Source: Phoronis australis (lineage: Eukaryota; Animalia; Phoronida). Taken from it: 64,000 nt of DNA. The position numbers and the translations under genes are program-made. Under the pieces are notes generated by a model, which ran no database searches, was not told the DNA's origin, and saw only the letters and a program-made list of their open reading frames with translations. The DNA lies in assembly GCA_002633005.1 (NCBI GenBank), contig NMRA01000248.1, forward strand, positions 496,274 to 560,273. Reading direction: 5' to 3'. Of the stretch, positions 26,001-41,000 are shown piece after piece (the stretch's first letter is position 1; each line of letters opens with the position of its first letter).

Positions 26001-29000
26001 TATCCCTTTTAACGCTGTTCTTCGCCCCGTTCACCTGGATAAAAAGGAAATCTAATTAGGTCATTTATTCTCGGTCACATGATATTTATTCGTGATAGTA
26101 TTCCCAACATCGAGACCATCAGCAACTCAAGAAAACGCTTCAGTTTTTATTGGGTTTAGCCAAACCTTAAACTTGCGAAATTCAAAATGACGTATATAAG
26201 CATCGACTGTGGCTTGAGTTGACAATGGAAATCTCATGGAATATTACGAGACCAACATTATGAGACTAAATGGCCTAATTTGAGTTTTTTCTTCAGTTGG
26301 CGTAGCTTGACGAAATGTACCTTTGAAAGCAAACGAAAACAAAAACAAAACACACATTTCGAAGGAAACATTCATGAGGTAATAAAAAAAACTTTCGTTG
26401 GCTGGCCAACAAAACTTTGACAGCAATTGCTGAGTATCACGTGCAAGAGACAGAGTTGCCAGAGGGTACTTACGTCAAGCTCATTCTTCAAAGTTGTCTT
26501 GCTTGACATGATTTCTTGCAGACGTAACTGAAAGTCAGCTGTTGGGATGAAAGTGTCGCCCGTATGTAGCTTTTCTACCATTGCGGTATAGATGAACTTG
26601 TATTGGTCCTTAAAACAATAACATACAGTGCTTAAATCATACGTGTCATTCAAATCGGTGTTCGAATCATACATTTATTCAGTTCCCTTCCGGAAATACT
26701 CGTCGCCATGGTAAATACCCAGCTTCATCAGTCATCAGACGTCACACCTCTTTCTCACTGGCTAGAAACCACTAAAAGCGGCATGAATTTAGTACGCGTA
26801 AGATGGTTTCAAGCAGATGATTAAACTTTGGTTTTTGATTGATTTTAAGAGTAAAACCTATACATATATGAAAAAGCTACAGTTTAAATGTTTGCTAACA
26901 TGTAATTTGTTGACTCACGCAAAATGCTCATAAAATCTCAACCTGTTTCAGCTAGTATGAAGGATAACTGTTTTGGAAACATGGACTACAGTTTACGGAC
27001 CAGGAGCAGTTATCCTATATTCTTTGGCAAAATCAAATGAAAAACACATTGCCTTTCCAAAAGAAAACAATGCTGATAAAACTTTTGATCAATTGCAGTG
27101 GTTTTGTTTGAAACAGGAACCGCATTCCTTTCATTATACATGTACACAATGCAGTGCACACACATTATTCAATTTCAAGTAAAATATTCGTACCAGCGTT
27201 TGCACCATGTTGACTCGCTGCTGGCGAAGTAGATCAAGTTGGCCTAGAATGTCAACAGCACCCTCCGCCTCTGCTTGATCGCACAGAATGTCCATCATGA
27301 TGAAAGTACCAGTTCGACCCACGCCAGCACTGAACATGTGAAACGTGAAGTTTAGAACGCCGTGTCATTAGTGACATCAATTAGAGTGCTAGCCGATCGG
27401 ACTGTTGGTTAAAAACTGAGAGTTCTATGTTGAGACTATGCTCAATAAGTTGTCTTAACCAGACTGTTTATGTAGAACTTGGTTTCACGCAAGAACGCAA
27501 CTATCCGTCGTTTCCACGCACAGGAACCACAAAAGTGATACAACGTACAACTTGCGAGTTGCAAGACACTAACCTCACCAACCACCCACTGGCAATGAGA
27601 CTAGAGACTGTTGCGACATTATATTGTCGCACTCGACACATGCTGTCACCTGGACCTCAATATACGTCACAGCAAGGCCCATTCCGTAATGAGCATCGTA
27701 CTCGTGAGCGAACGCCAGTGACAGCACACGATTCATAACTAATTCATGACAATCTCTCGTGAATACTCGCATAATCTCGCAAAACTCACAAGGATCATAA
27801 CCTTACGAAGAACAGCTTACATGTAGTTTGAGAGCTGGATTGAATAGAAATGTATAGATGGCATTAAAGGATTCGTTTGATAAGTAGGGAAATATTAGAC
27901 AGAAAAAAGCTCATGTTTTAAAAACAACCATGGCGGCTTCGTGCGTTGTTTCAATTCAGTTACACTAAAAATTGAACTATGATGTGCTCTGATTCTAAAT
28001 TAATTGAGTGCAGCAGCTCATGAAGAATTACTTACCTGCAGTGAACCACGGTGGGCACGCCGTCATTATCTTCCCGGATGTGGTCTTTGACGATTTGGTA
28101 GAACTTCCACAGAGCTGAAGAACTGCTGGGCACTCCGTGGTCTGGCCAGGACGTGAAGTGGTACTGGGTCGTCTTAAGCGTCTGCTGCTTCCGATTAACC
28201 TTTCACACAAAATGCAATTTCGTCTTGGTTCGCAGTACACGGTTTTGGACATTTGAAAACCACTACGACTGAGGTCAATAAACACGAGGACGCTTAACTA
28301 AATGGATATTACTCTCTGCGTCACTGACGTCACCTTATATTAAACAAAAAAACCTCCTCTAAGAAATGAATGCATTGTCCAAAGCCTTTCCACTCTCTAC
28401 CGGTAGGTGGATCCTTTTACTCGAATTGAGCAGCCATTTTCAATGGTCGTTGATTAGTCTACTTTTCTAAAGCCTTAGCCATGCTTACCGATGTAGCTGA
28501 CATAGTAAGGAATTTTCAAAGATGCGAAAACGTTTTGAAATGTGACCATTGAAGAAGCACTATTTTGTTTCAAAAATACGTTTTAATTGGTCCGGTACTA
28601 GAAAATATCGATTTAAACAGCTAAACCAGGCGTCCTTCGATCAAACACACGTTATAGACATTGTTCAAACTTTGACTTTAACAGTTATCAGTCCTACCTT
28701 TGTTACTTCGAACTTTCTTATTGCAAAGTTGGCCCCCTGTTCTCTGTCGACAGCCGATACTGTGACGTCACCATACTTTTCAACTTCCGTATTTTCTGGC
28801 CAGTAAACCTCACACTTGCGCTAGAAGTACATGTATATCGTAAGCCTAGCACGTACCTGTCGTCTTGAGCCTAACCTCATCTAAGGCGCCTTATGGTAGA
28901 CATTTTCAATCAAACAGTTCATCAAAGCTGCTGTGAACATGTCTTCTGTCAGAAAAGATCATTTGCCCTTGCAAAATCGGTCTCAAATTGTTTTTATTGC

Positions 29001-32000
29001 GATTAGAAGTGATTTCTGGGATTGAAAGGAACAGAGAATGAGTTATACTGTAGATAGACTCTGGTGTAACCATGAGGTGAGGAGGGGCAGAAAGCGGTCA
29101 TGCTCACACTATTTATTGCAAGAAAGCCATTTTAACATTGCATTTACCTCCCCCTGCTCATTACAAAGTGCTCCCGGATTGACTCGTGCCTCCGATACCA
29201 ATTACTTTCGGATTGAATATCTCTGGCAATGGCAGCAGATAGAAACTAGACCTAAGACGTTTCCATGACACGGAGGCATTTTATAGAGCGATGATGGCCA
29301 CGAGAAACAACAAGATGTCGGTTCTTTTCAATGAGAGTAGGGACCTGATAGTGGTACACGATTTTTTGTGTAAAGATCCTGTCGTTTACGTCAGGTTGGA
29401 ATGTGCTGACAAGGGCAGCAGTGCGATTTTCCAACTCCAAAAGTCGAATACAATTTCCGTTTGAAAAAGAGCACGTCCGACTTCGCTCAAACTGTTGTTC
29501 CACTTGGGAAAAATCGTATAGGACAATAAGACCACTGTTTACATTTACCGTGCGTCGTAGACGATTTTGTGTTCGAAATGGTATTTAACAATTATAGTGC
29601 ATGGACAGGGTTTCACATGATGTGATCCAAATCAAACTTCCAAGTATTTGGCATAAGGTTGAGTTATAGGTATATAAATATACTCTTTGGAACCCCTGTG
29701 GAGATGGTACTGGATCTCCCACTTGGTGTTAATAGACTTACCTTCCCATTCTCTACGTTATTGGTCAGCATCACGATCCTCGTTATTTTCTCTTGCCATA
29801 TCATTCGCCAAAAGTCTTTCACAGTGTTTCTGTTGGGACCTGGAGAGTGCAAAATACCGGCGGCTTTAAAGAATTCCAAGGAAGAACACGTGCAATGAGT
29901 ATTCATCACATGTTAAATTATTAACAAACCACGGATGCACGCACTAACAGTTGCCCCTCCGAGTTCATAGAGCTAGGCAAGCAAGACGTCGCCATACAAC
30001 GCCATGAATTATGACATGGGCGGCGCATCATAGGGGGTGGGGTGGTGGTGGTATAGCCCCACTTTATCAGTGGTGCGCTGACCATGGGCTATGAGCGGTG
30101 CACCACAGGAGGGCTATAGCCCCAGCTTTTCAGTGCTGCGCCGCCCATGTACAAGGGGTATGTGTAACGTCATGCCACTTTCATACGCGAGTATCCTGAG
30201 ATACAGAACGCGCCCTTGCCTACGTTGTATTTGTCTCAAAAATAAGCTAAAAGTGTCTTAAGTGTAATTAGACTTCATTGTAACGTATGCCTCTCATACT
30301 TACCCATTGCAGCAATGAATGCCTTGGGACGATTGTAAGCATCGATGTAGCTGGCGTTAACATAGTCTGAATTAATGTCATGGGGCAGACGTTCAAGGAC
30401 GACTCGATTTTTGTCATCTGAAAGATCCAAGCATTGTGTTGGAACATATGACGTACTTGGTTGTTGTCTGTAAAGCGACTAACACAAGAGAAGCAATAAA
30501 TCAGAAAATATAATTGAAATTGTTAAAACATAGAAACGGCATTGTTCAACAAAAATCAACCCTTTTCAAAAGACTTCAATAAATGAGAGGTAGGATTCAG
30601 TAACCGATGTCTGTTTCACATCTTCAGTTTGACAGAACTGCCTCAGTTTAGGCTACTGGCACGAAAAGCGAATTTCGTGACTCCCACATCGAGTTGAATA
30701 TTTGTAGCAGCTACAGACCCAAATAAAAATAAACAAATGAATGAGCAATTAACATTTTCTCTTTAAGACGAATAGTACGCCAGCTTCAAGAGCAACACCC
30801 GGAAAAATTTACTACGCTTCTGAACTTAACAAAGCATCTACCTTCTATTTGTGTGACACAAACACAGCATTTAAATAAATATTTTACATGCTAAGATGTT
30901 CTTGAATCGGTTTTTCGTTTTATTCTTCTCCTTGAGACCCACAGTATGGGGAAAAATATGGCCACTGCGAAGGCTCTGAAAAAACAAAACACACAATACA
31001 GGCTCAAGCCACACAAAACATTGGTATAAACGTATTACACGAGATAGCATTTTCATACACTTCATACATTGCAAATGTACCATGTTTACGACCGCAATGC
31101 CGTCCACACTACGAGTTATCCGGGAAGGAGCTGCCACTAGGTCTGTTGCAGTGTGGACACTATTTCCACTGGAACAACTTATCCCGCATTAACCTGTTAG
31201 AGTAACTTCTTCTAGGGTAAGTCGTGATGTGAACGCAAACCTTTTGCAAATGCGGAAGTAATCACCAGATGTGCGCTTACTCTGTTGCATACGCTGGGTT
31301 GAGCAGTCATTTTTGTGTCATGGTGTAGGCCTAGCGAGTGTAGTGTGAACGCTCTGCTGAACAAAAGCAAGTTGCTCTGTGAAGAGTTGCTCAAGGGTAA
31401 CCTATTGTGTGCGCACGACTACAGACATAGTAACATGAAGGATGAACATTAATTTAGAGCGCTTCAGCAAGTTTTTAGGAAGGCTGACGTAGTCAACTAG
31501 AATTATGTGAATGAAATGTTATGTAGTGCACGAACATACTAAACCAAGTACTTGCGGAATAGTTTAATTCAGCTTCGCCACGGAGAAAGAAAAGCGAAAT
31601 CGCTACGCCAATTTTTGTAAGAATTCCCCTGCCAGCGACCTTAAAACAAGTCCTAGGCATCAAAATGTTAAAATTACGCGCTGATTGGTTCAGGCAACGC
31701 CTTAATCTAGCAACAGATTGAGGCAACAGGTCTACCCGTCGAATTTATAAATTATGCCAAAAGTGTAGGTACCTCGTATTCCTTAACTATGCCGTCATTT
31801 AAGGCGCGTCCGACATACGACACTAAGTCTTCCAATTTGATTGATTTATTGAGGTTTTCGTAAACTGGCTGCTCGTGAAGAGGGCTGGAGGGTTGTGGAT
31901 TTTCATTCAGTAGTATCGCATTTTCGTGGTCGGTGAGAGCGTCTGAAATAAGTTTCAGAACATTACTGTTAAAAGCATTGTTACGACATATATTTGATGC

Positions 32001-35000
32001 AATATAACAACTTTTAAAACAAAAAATGTTCTGTAAGAACAACTTTCAGTATGAATGCCATTATGATTTAACTGTCATTTCTATAACTACAGCCCCAATG
32101 GCTGTGAATAAATGAGCACAACCTGGTAAAGCATTACGCATGTTGATGACACTCGATAACATTCAAAAGAATTGGCGCACTACACCAAATATCTTGACCT
32201 CCCATTAGCACTGACAAACTAATAAGTCAAAATATGAATAGCTAGAACTGACTAATACAGTGTACTAGTCAGGGAAAGTTTTTCTGGTGAAACCTATTGC
32301 AATAACGCTTCATATCAGGGGTCTTAAACGACTCCATTATGTAGCTTGATAAAGTTGTGTACCCGCATTACACTTTTATTATTTGAAGCGATGTGTGTAA
32401 CTTTTATTCCCTATCTGGTCGGGTAGAACGAGCTCGTTTACCTCTGTCGGCAATCAATCTAAACGAAGGCCAGATAGTGACGGAACTCTGCCAGTGCAGA
32501 TACTGCGCCCTTGGCATTTCTCTGTACCAATGCAACCCTACTGATTGGACGAGAAAGCATGATTTGTGCACAAACCTCTCACCCTGTTCAGCTTGATTAT
32601 CTTGACCAAAGTTATCATCAGCGCGTTTGGCAATCACCAATATTCGTAATGAACTTGTCTGATACCAGGGGGATATTTCATGAAAAGTGACTAAAGTATT
32701 TAGACAGAAATGTGGAATTACGCTCCACACAGCTATTTTGGAAAGTCATAAAATCTCACCTGAGCAAAAATGCAGTCCATGAGAATATGCACATAAGGTA
32801 ACTTCTAGTTAGGAGATAATTTGCATAAAGTATTTGTAGATTGTTATGCTCATAGTATTACTTGACTTGTCCATCCAGTGTGAATTAATCCCGAACTTAT
32901 CTAAAGTCTCGAGTCACTTTGCGTGAAACGGAAACTTACCAACCTCAACAAGACGTCCGTCAAGCTTACATGCGGCGAACACTACGAGAGACTCCATCAT
33001 TTCGACCCACATAATTGGGCACGAACAATAATCACAACAACACACAGAATATGTTAGTATATAAGCACTTACTATTTCTTTCAATGATGTCTACTTGAAG
33101 ACCAGTCACGCTCTTTTGTGCAGCCCCATGTCTTCGTCTGAAAATGAACAGATGGAAAGTGAGATTGAATTTCAGCTATATACCTCTAGTGTCTCGTCAT
33201 TATTTGAATTGTACGGAAGCTTAAGGGGTAGCCACAACAACACAGATTTCAACTCACTCAACAACTAAAAATGGTTTCAAAGGAAAGGCTTATTATTTTT
33301 TTCTACAGGAAACACTTATGAAAAAAGGCGTAATTTGGTATTTTAGCTGATTTTTCAAAAATATTTATTCTAAGTCTAAGTCGTCGACTTTCACTTATAT
33401 ATGTGATTTGCGCTTAATAACGCTGGTACTTAAAAAAGGTTTTATGATTCAAAGAAATCTCCAAACGCCAGGAATCTCATTCTCTACCCGAAATTATTGA
33501 CGTTACTATAACTTGTTAACCATATTTCATTTATTTGTGTTTCTGTAAAATCTACACTAACTAAATGTTTCGGTGTATAACACTGTGTATGGGTAATAAG
33601 CCATGTGTTCTCACCTCCATCTAATGAAACCCACCAAAGCTAGCACGAATACAACCAATACTGTTGCAACTCCGCCACCAATAGCGCCGCGGGCCTGTCT
33701 GTCTTCTTTAAAGTTCTTTGCTGAGATCAAAGGGAAGTGTTAGCTTGAAACACATATGTACTGCAGTGACAATACACAATGAAAAAGCTCCTCTTATGTA
33801 TCAGACTAGGGCTTGAGTTTGAAGGAGACAGCCATCAATGTAAAGGCTACGTGAGGTAGTGTACATGGCTTCTTATTGGTTGACAGGAAGAGTAATATTC
33901 AACATTCTAATTGGGTAATGATATGATACTCATCATATTACCCTGTGTATTAAGAAATGCCTTTGTGGCTTGCTGTTGGTGCAAACACAAGAATACACTA
34001 AATCACAGGTTTTTGTTTCCGACACAATCAATATTACAAGGCATCAAACAAAACAACGAAAAGATTCCCTGTACTTTTCGGCTTATTCGGCGTAGGATAC
34101 GTGTTCACGAAACCTTTAAACTACGTGTACCGCTGTATGCTGGCAAGAAAGTAACTAAACTATCCGATATCGATATCCAGCATAACGAAACGACATTTTG
34201 ACGAGTCACGATATTTGTCTAGTTGAAATAAAGCACAGCTATTTTATGTTCAAATCATTTGAGGCCGATTAAGCTTGCTGTTATTTCACAAACTATGCAT
34301 TTTAACCACGGAAATGTGACAGCCAGCTCTCTCTGGAGACAGCCTGGCGCTCTTGGATGTAACGGTGCTCCGTGCCAAGATGAAAATCCACCGTCAGAGG
34401 CCACGCTGCTTCTGCACACTCAGATGTATGTTCTCGCCATTTTTGCCAACAGGGGGCTGTAACTAGTAATCTTGTGATTGTTCCAACAACACAAGGGTAC
34501 GTCAGGTGAGAAGGAAGCATCGAATTGTTGGCATGCTTCTTTATGAAAGCATACTTATCTACATAATGCCTTCAAAAAACTAAGAGAAGTGGCTGAAAGA
34601 TGGTGAGATATACTTCTAAAATAAAAACTGTGACATCGGTACTTTTTAAAACGATGTTACCGGTAAATAAACTGTTTTCAATACAACTGTCGATATCGAG
34701 TAACTCTATGCAGCTCCAGTTCAAACTAAGTTATGTGCACTAATTTTGATCATCATCACATGACCAGATCTTCAATTGGATGACGCTGTGACAGACGCTA
34801 GAACGGCGGAAGGGGGAGATGGATGGAGAGGACGAGAGAGAGAAGAGTGCGTAGGGCTAGATGTTCCAACCGCATATACTTGAATGCCAACGTACGGGTT
34901 CGTGATTTCATGGATACCCGGATGTTCCACTCAAATACAGGGAATTTTGAAGTCTTTTTACATCGTGCTGGCACGAGATTAATTAACCACAAATGATCGT

Positions 35001-38000
35001 AAATACTTGCAACTGATATCGCGTGGTTACGCGAACAAGAACTCTTGTTTCTGGTTTGCACCACGACTTGAATTAAAAACATAAAATCTATATAACCCTC
35101 ACCTTCTATATAGTCTTTGACAAGCAATCCTTCGAATTCAAAAGCTTGAAAATAGCTTTTATTCTCCTAAAACAAAAGAAACCAAAAAAAAAACTAAATT
35201 ATTTTACAAAAGCAGGGTACGTATATTGTATATCGTCTTAAAATGAAGAACCTCGTACATCAAGCAGATCTAGGAACCAATATTGCTTCCTAGAGCAGAT
35301 CGATCAAAATCAATGACTAACTTAATCAATCCAATATCGGGCAGCAGCCTAACTAACTCCCGTAGAGAAACCAAGAACTTTCCCAATATGACCAAACCAA
35401 AAATCTCAAAACACTCTGCGTCTCGATAGACTGGTCATAAGACACCTCTTTCAAATTTTAATACGACACTGCCACTTAGCTCAACACAGGCATCTCATTG
35501 GCTAAAGAGAACGCTACTGGATGGCACTATTACATTCCTACAACATATTGTGCATGACAATATAAGGAAAATCACGCCCATTTTCTGAGAAGATACAGAC
35601 AGACTTGGAAATGTTCTTTCACAAGCAACTTGTTGATCGATAACACGGCTCAAGTGAGTTTTAGCTCACTGACAGGTGTTTTGCACTATGTGCCCAACCC
35701 CGCGGCCTGCGTACATATGGTGTACCGCAAATGACATCAGACCGATTGCACTCTTCATTTTAAGCAAATCAATATCTTACGAAGGCACACTTAATTTTGA
35801 ATTCAAGTCCTATTCTTTCTGGAGCAAACAAGAGAGCAGTGGCGAGGTCAGCGTTAAAACACTGACTGATAGCCTATACAATTACATATCAAAATTGATT
35901 TACAGCCTAAATTATACAGAACATTTCGGCATTGCACACCGACTCGTGAAGTTTTTTTCACCGTGCAGGTTTAAAGTCTTGTAGAGTTGTATAAAATATA
36001 TAGGATAGCACAGACACCAAAGGGTATCATGCTCAATGGCCAAACTAACCCAAAACAAAAGGAAAACCCATTCCATCACTTTGCTTCAATTATTACTGGT
36101 GACTTCTTTAATCATCCAAATACTTACGAATTCGTTCTGAACGAAAACACCGATCAGGAATCTGTATCTATTTCCCGCTATGAGTGGCACATTTTTATAT
36201 CCACCGTACGTCTTTTGGTCCCCTACAACGAATGTCTCCATTGTTTCGGCCTGTGCTGTGGTCAAATTAGCGGCTATATAATGGGAATCGCCACTAGACG
36301 TCGCCTCCTTATAATCTTTTAACACGGAGACATCGATAGCTTCTCTCCTTTTGCGGGTCGATATTTTCTCCATTTCAACGACAATGAGATAAAACCTGTT
36401 TCCAAGGAAATTAAGATATTGGAACAAAGTCATTTTTTAACTGATGGACGACAAACTTAGTCCCTTCCGTCTCAGCCTGGAAATAGAGGTCATTTTGCGG
36501 GAGCAAACTGTGACGTGGGTGACGGAGATAAAGAGAATATGATTTTTAACACAACGTTGTAAACGTTGCTGTTCACTAAGTATGCAGACATGGGTGCATA
36601 TTATATGAAAAACAGTGCATGTGCCTTGCAGTATTTTGAAGAAGCTTCTGTTAACAAAACAATGAACTTTCCAAGCAACACCTATTTCAGAGGGTAACCT
36701 TCTTCAAGTGGCGCCGCTAAGACGTTTGTTTAATTACTCACGCCACCCAGCGACAAGAGATCCATACGACGGTCAACACGTTTTTGGAGATATCCCGAGA
36801 TCACGGAGCTCGTTAATGCTCAAATGCCTAACAACAAGTTAAGCCGATATAGATGACACGACAATAGGTTCACAGTTATATCATATTTTCATAATCTGTC
36901 ATGAACATCCGACAATTAAACAATGCAATATTCTGCTCATAGTGTGATTGGAATCTAGTCCTGACAGCTAAGAGGCAATAGGTTCCCATTATAGCATCCA
37001 GTGTCTTTCAGTATACATTCATAATCCTACACGAATCTCAGGTTTATGACTTGGGCAAAAACTCTTGTCTTAAACCTGAGACGAGTGAAGGATTTGTTTT
37101 CTCACATGAACCGAAAAACTCGACGTGTCTAAAACGTTCAACCATGTGACACAACTTTTGTAAAAAAAAACACGCTTGTGCAACGTAAATAAACTCATTT
37201 ACTTTTTGTCAATAGTTTTATTACAAACTTAACAATTGTAAACAGCATTAATAAAAAAATCTCAAGTTACAATCTAATAAATATTCTTAATATTCTTTGA
37301 GGTTGTAATATTAAGACTCTACGAATGTTTATAAATAACAGTTAACATGACTACCCCGGAAGTGAGCCTGAATTGACCTTGAGACAGCACAGCTAGACAG
37401 TCTCATTGCGTTTCTTGAGTTGGGGTTCGTCTTCGTTTGAATGAATGTATATATGGAATTCGCCGTAGAATATGGATCCTGTTTACGGAGATGTTTGCTT
37501 GTCCTTCAAACTCGGATTTCCGGCATTGTCTGGTTGGCGCACGTTTGATTGTTGGTATTAGTGTTTTGCAGGCGATAAAATGTAAGGCGTGTGGGTTTCT
37601 ACTCTGCACTAATTTGTGATTCACCCATGTAACATCAAAAAGTTACGTACCAACCGAGGCCTTAAAGTCAGGAATGTCCTAAAGTAGTGAATCATCTCGT
37701 TTCCGCTTCTGCAAGATCGCGCAACATCATTGTTGAAGCTTACAGAGTTCTTCTACTTACGATTATCAAAAGAGTACCGGGACACGTATTTGTTTATAAT
37801 GCGAATCAAAACAGTGTGTTCAGAGTTTATTTTCAAAAACGATACTTAAAACAGCACATTTTACTAAATGCATTTTTTACCTATTTTCACACCATTAGTT
37901 CGTAACCAACTAATGTTCAGATTTGATATAAAAGGCAATCCAGGGATTGCTTAAACGATGCATGAAAATATCACAGGATCGATCACAACTTGTAATGCCA

Positions 38001-41000
38001 GAGGAACAAAGCACATGCTTTAACGTTGCTTAAAGAACGCTAACTCACTAAAGACGTCACTGTACACATTTATGTCACCCGAAACCTAAAAAATGTACAC
38101 CTTTACACAAATTCTATGTGCATTTTTACTTTGTATTTTTTACTTGTTGATGCAGAAACATGCCAAAACACAAAGGAAGCAAAAAGGAGCGCATAATATG
38201 GCTGTAAAAATCAACACAGAAAGCTGAGACAGTACGATTTAGGCAATTAATAAAGTAGGTGAGTATGGCATGTCTTTGACGGCAAGCAAAACCTACATAA
38301 AGGCGCTGTCTCCTGAAAATCGTCAATTGGCTTTCCGAAAGTCCGGAATATATCTGTTTGACAACATCAGTGTCCCCCCTGAAAGCATCAATCCTTCGAC
38401 AACGTTCTTGCCAACCACTGGTGGAAGTGACTACGTTGAAAATTATTTTCTTACTAAACGGTTGGAAAGGTGTACAAAAGCAAAGAGGCTATTGCTAAGT
38501 GACCAAGCACGTTCAAGCAGTTCTGCAAGTTTGTATAGTAAGGTGCTGACAGTGAATGTAGAAATGCTGAAAAAGAGAAAGAACAGAAGGAAAGGCACAG
38601 GTGACAAAAAATCACAAGAGACAAAAAACAAACAAGTGATAAAAAGTCGAAGGCATGTGAAGAGATTTAGCGCAACAAAGACAAGTTCGGAAACCGTGAA
38701 ATGATGATGAACCATGTTCATCAGAGATTTACCATACAAACGTTTATTGTTAGATATTTAATGTTAACTGGTCTAATTATAATTTGAAATACAAACGTCT
38801 TTTTTTCTTAACTAAAATTGTTGTTTACAAAAGTCACATTTTTGATTGGCCTTATTCTGTTTTCCCATCTACAAGAAAGAGGACGACATGGTCACGACTT
38901 TAGGGCCTTAAAGAGAATGGCTGGCGTTTTCATACGTCTTGCAAAAACTCCGTCTGTGGATTGAAAACGATTTTTAACTGTGAGTACAGTTGAGTATTTG
39001 GGAGGATTTAATGTAATAACAAAAAGTTACGGAAAGAGATTGGTGGGTACGCCAACAAACCGACCAAGAGCTTACGTTCACGACTTCAGGTCCTCGGTGT
39101 GTATTCGGTGTTATTAAGCAGTGGTATCATAACACACTCTAGGTCACGTGAGAAACTTTATAATGCACACTTGATCACTTGGTATTAAACAGGATTCGCA
39201 GTCTACACTTTTCGCTTAAAGTAGGAAACTGGAAGTGGGAAATCCTTCGTCTACCAACAAAACTGTTGACTTACTTGATATTATTATTGTTTGGATAACC
39301 CACGACTGTTACAATAGGTAGTGTTACAGTGGTTGACGTCATTTCGTCCTTGTCTATCTTCGAAAGGTGAAGCCTTGGTACATCTGGATAATTATACGAG
39401 CTTGGTTTACTTCTTATAATTTACCTATGAAATACTGCACCTCTGACACTCATGTATAAAAACAGTACCGACGGCCTGACAAGAGAAGTAGGACCACGTC
39501 TACCACTTATCGTTGATTAACTTAAAAGTGTCACAACTCCAAAGCCAATATGACGGACATCCTCTGCATATGTAGTACAACATATTCTTTTTGATGTTTC
39601 CACGATAATACTTCAATGAAACAGTTACCGGTATGGAGCCCCCGATTTCAAGGGTCCAGAGGTGACTTAATTAACTATTAAACACACTGGGATATCCACC
39701 AAACTATTGAGATATCCAAGAATCCAAGTCTTTGAGCGTATTGATAAATATGTAACCATTCATATTCGATAGACGTCATACAAATGTATCGGCAAAAAAA
39801 TTCTGTTGTGAAAATTGTGCTCGTTGGCAGAAACGAAGCTCATTTCTTTCATTCACGAATATCTTGAAACGGACGTCTTTGTGCGAATCGTTTGAATAAA
39901 CGACCGTACAACAGCAATCGTTAGAGGGCAAGACGATCGCAAAGAATTTATAAAATAGGCTGTCCTGCCCCCTGTTAGCCAATTTCCGGAAATGAAATGG
40001 AATTGTTAACACTTTTGCGTGCTAGAAAAATGAAAGATGTGAAACCGGTGAGTGCATTGTGAATATTTACCAGACAAACTTGTCCAGCAGAATGTAGCCG
40101 CCGGTGGTCCAAAGCCAAGTGAAGTTCTCGCCGCCACTCGCATGGTATAACGTGTCCCTGGCTTCAGATCGGAGAGGACAAGCATCCGGATACTTGGTCC
40201 CACGGTCACTGGCAACAGACTTTCGTTTTCAGCATTTCCAGATATCTAAAAACAAATAACTCGTTGTGGTCGAAATACTTTTGTGGACTGTTATCAATGA
40301 GATAAAATTTGTTGCATAGATGTCATAAAAGTATCGGCGACACGGAAGAAACACAACACATATTAAGTTATCACTTAACGCCTGTTTGCCCTCCGTTCAC
40401 TTCTCAATGTTCCTCTTGCAGATCATTTCTACTGTATCATCTACTCAAACAACTGAATCATGCGTACAAACCACGACATTACGCAAGTTACGTACGAACA
40501 GAAATTTTACATAAGAACCACAAATTAATCGAACAAACAAATCAAATGCACAAAACATTAGAATGCGAAAAGTTTATTTTGCTTTCCCTTTGCATCATTT
40601 CTGTTCGTGATTTGTTCGTCTTTCAATTGTTCGATCGAATGATGCAGGGGTTCTGGCGGTCGCTTCGAAGCTCGCCCGATTGTCTAGCATCTATCGGACC
40701 AATTGACGAATGTCATTGTACTGTTGCGCATGCATTTCTCTGCGTCAGATCACGTGTTATTATCGCTCAATTTTATTGGTACCCACACACCAACAACTAG
40801 AAAGAGCTTGCTTACATCGTATCTCGAACGACACAGAAGTTATCTTCGCAGTTTGTTTTCCCCGTTTTGAAATTTTTGGAAGTACAAGGTATTGGACAAA
40901 AAAACCACATTACAACACGTGCGTGGAAATTGTCATCAAATAATCACAACTACCGATTTTCACTACCGTAATGTAAATATAGGAAGTCAACATACCATAT

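Noticed and set aside
38270-38739. 144-aa and 98-aa overlapping ORFs
   Set aside because: Low-complexity K-rich and F/L-rich translations of A-rich intron sequence; no domain and no fitting splice phases.
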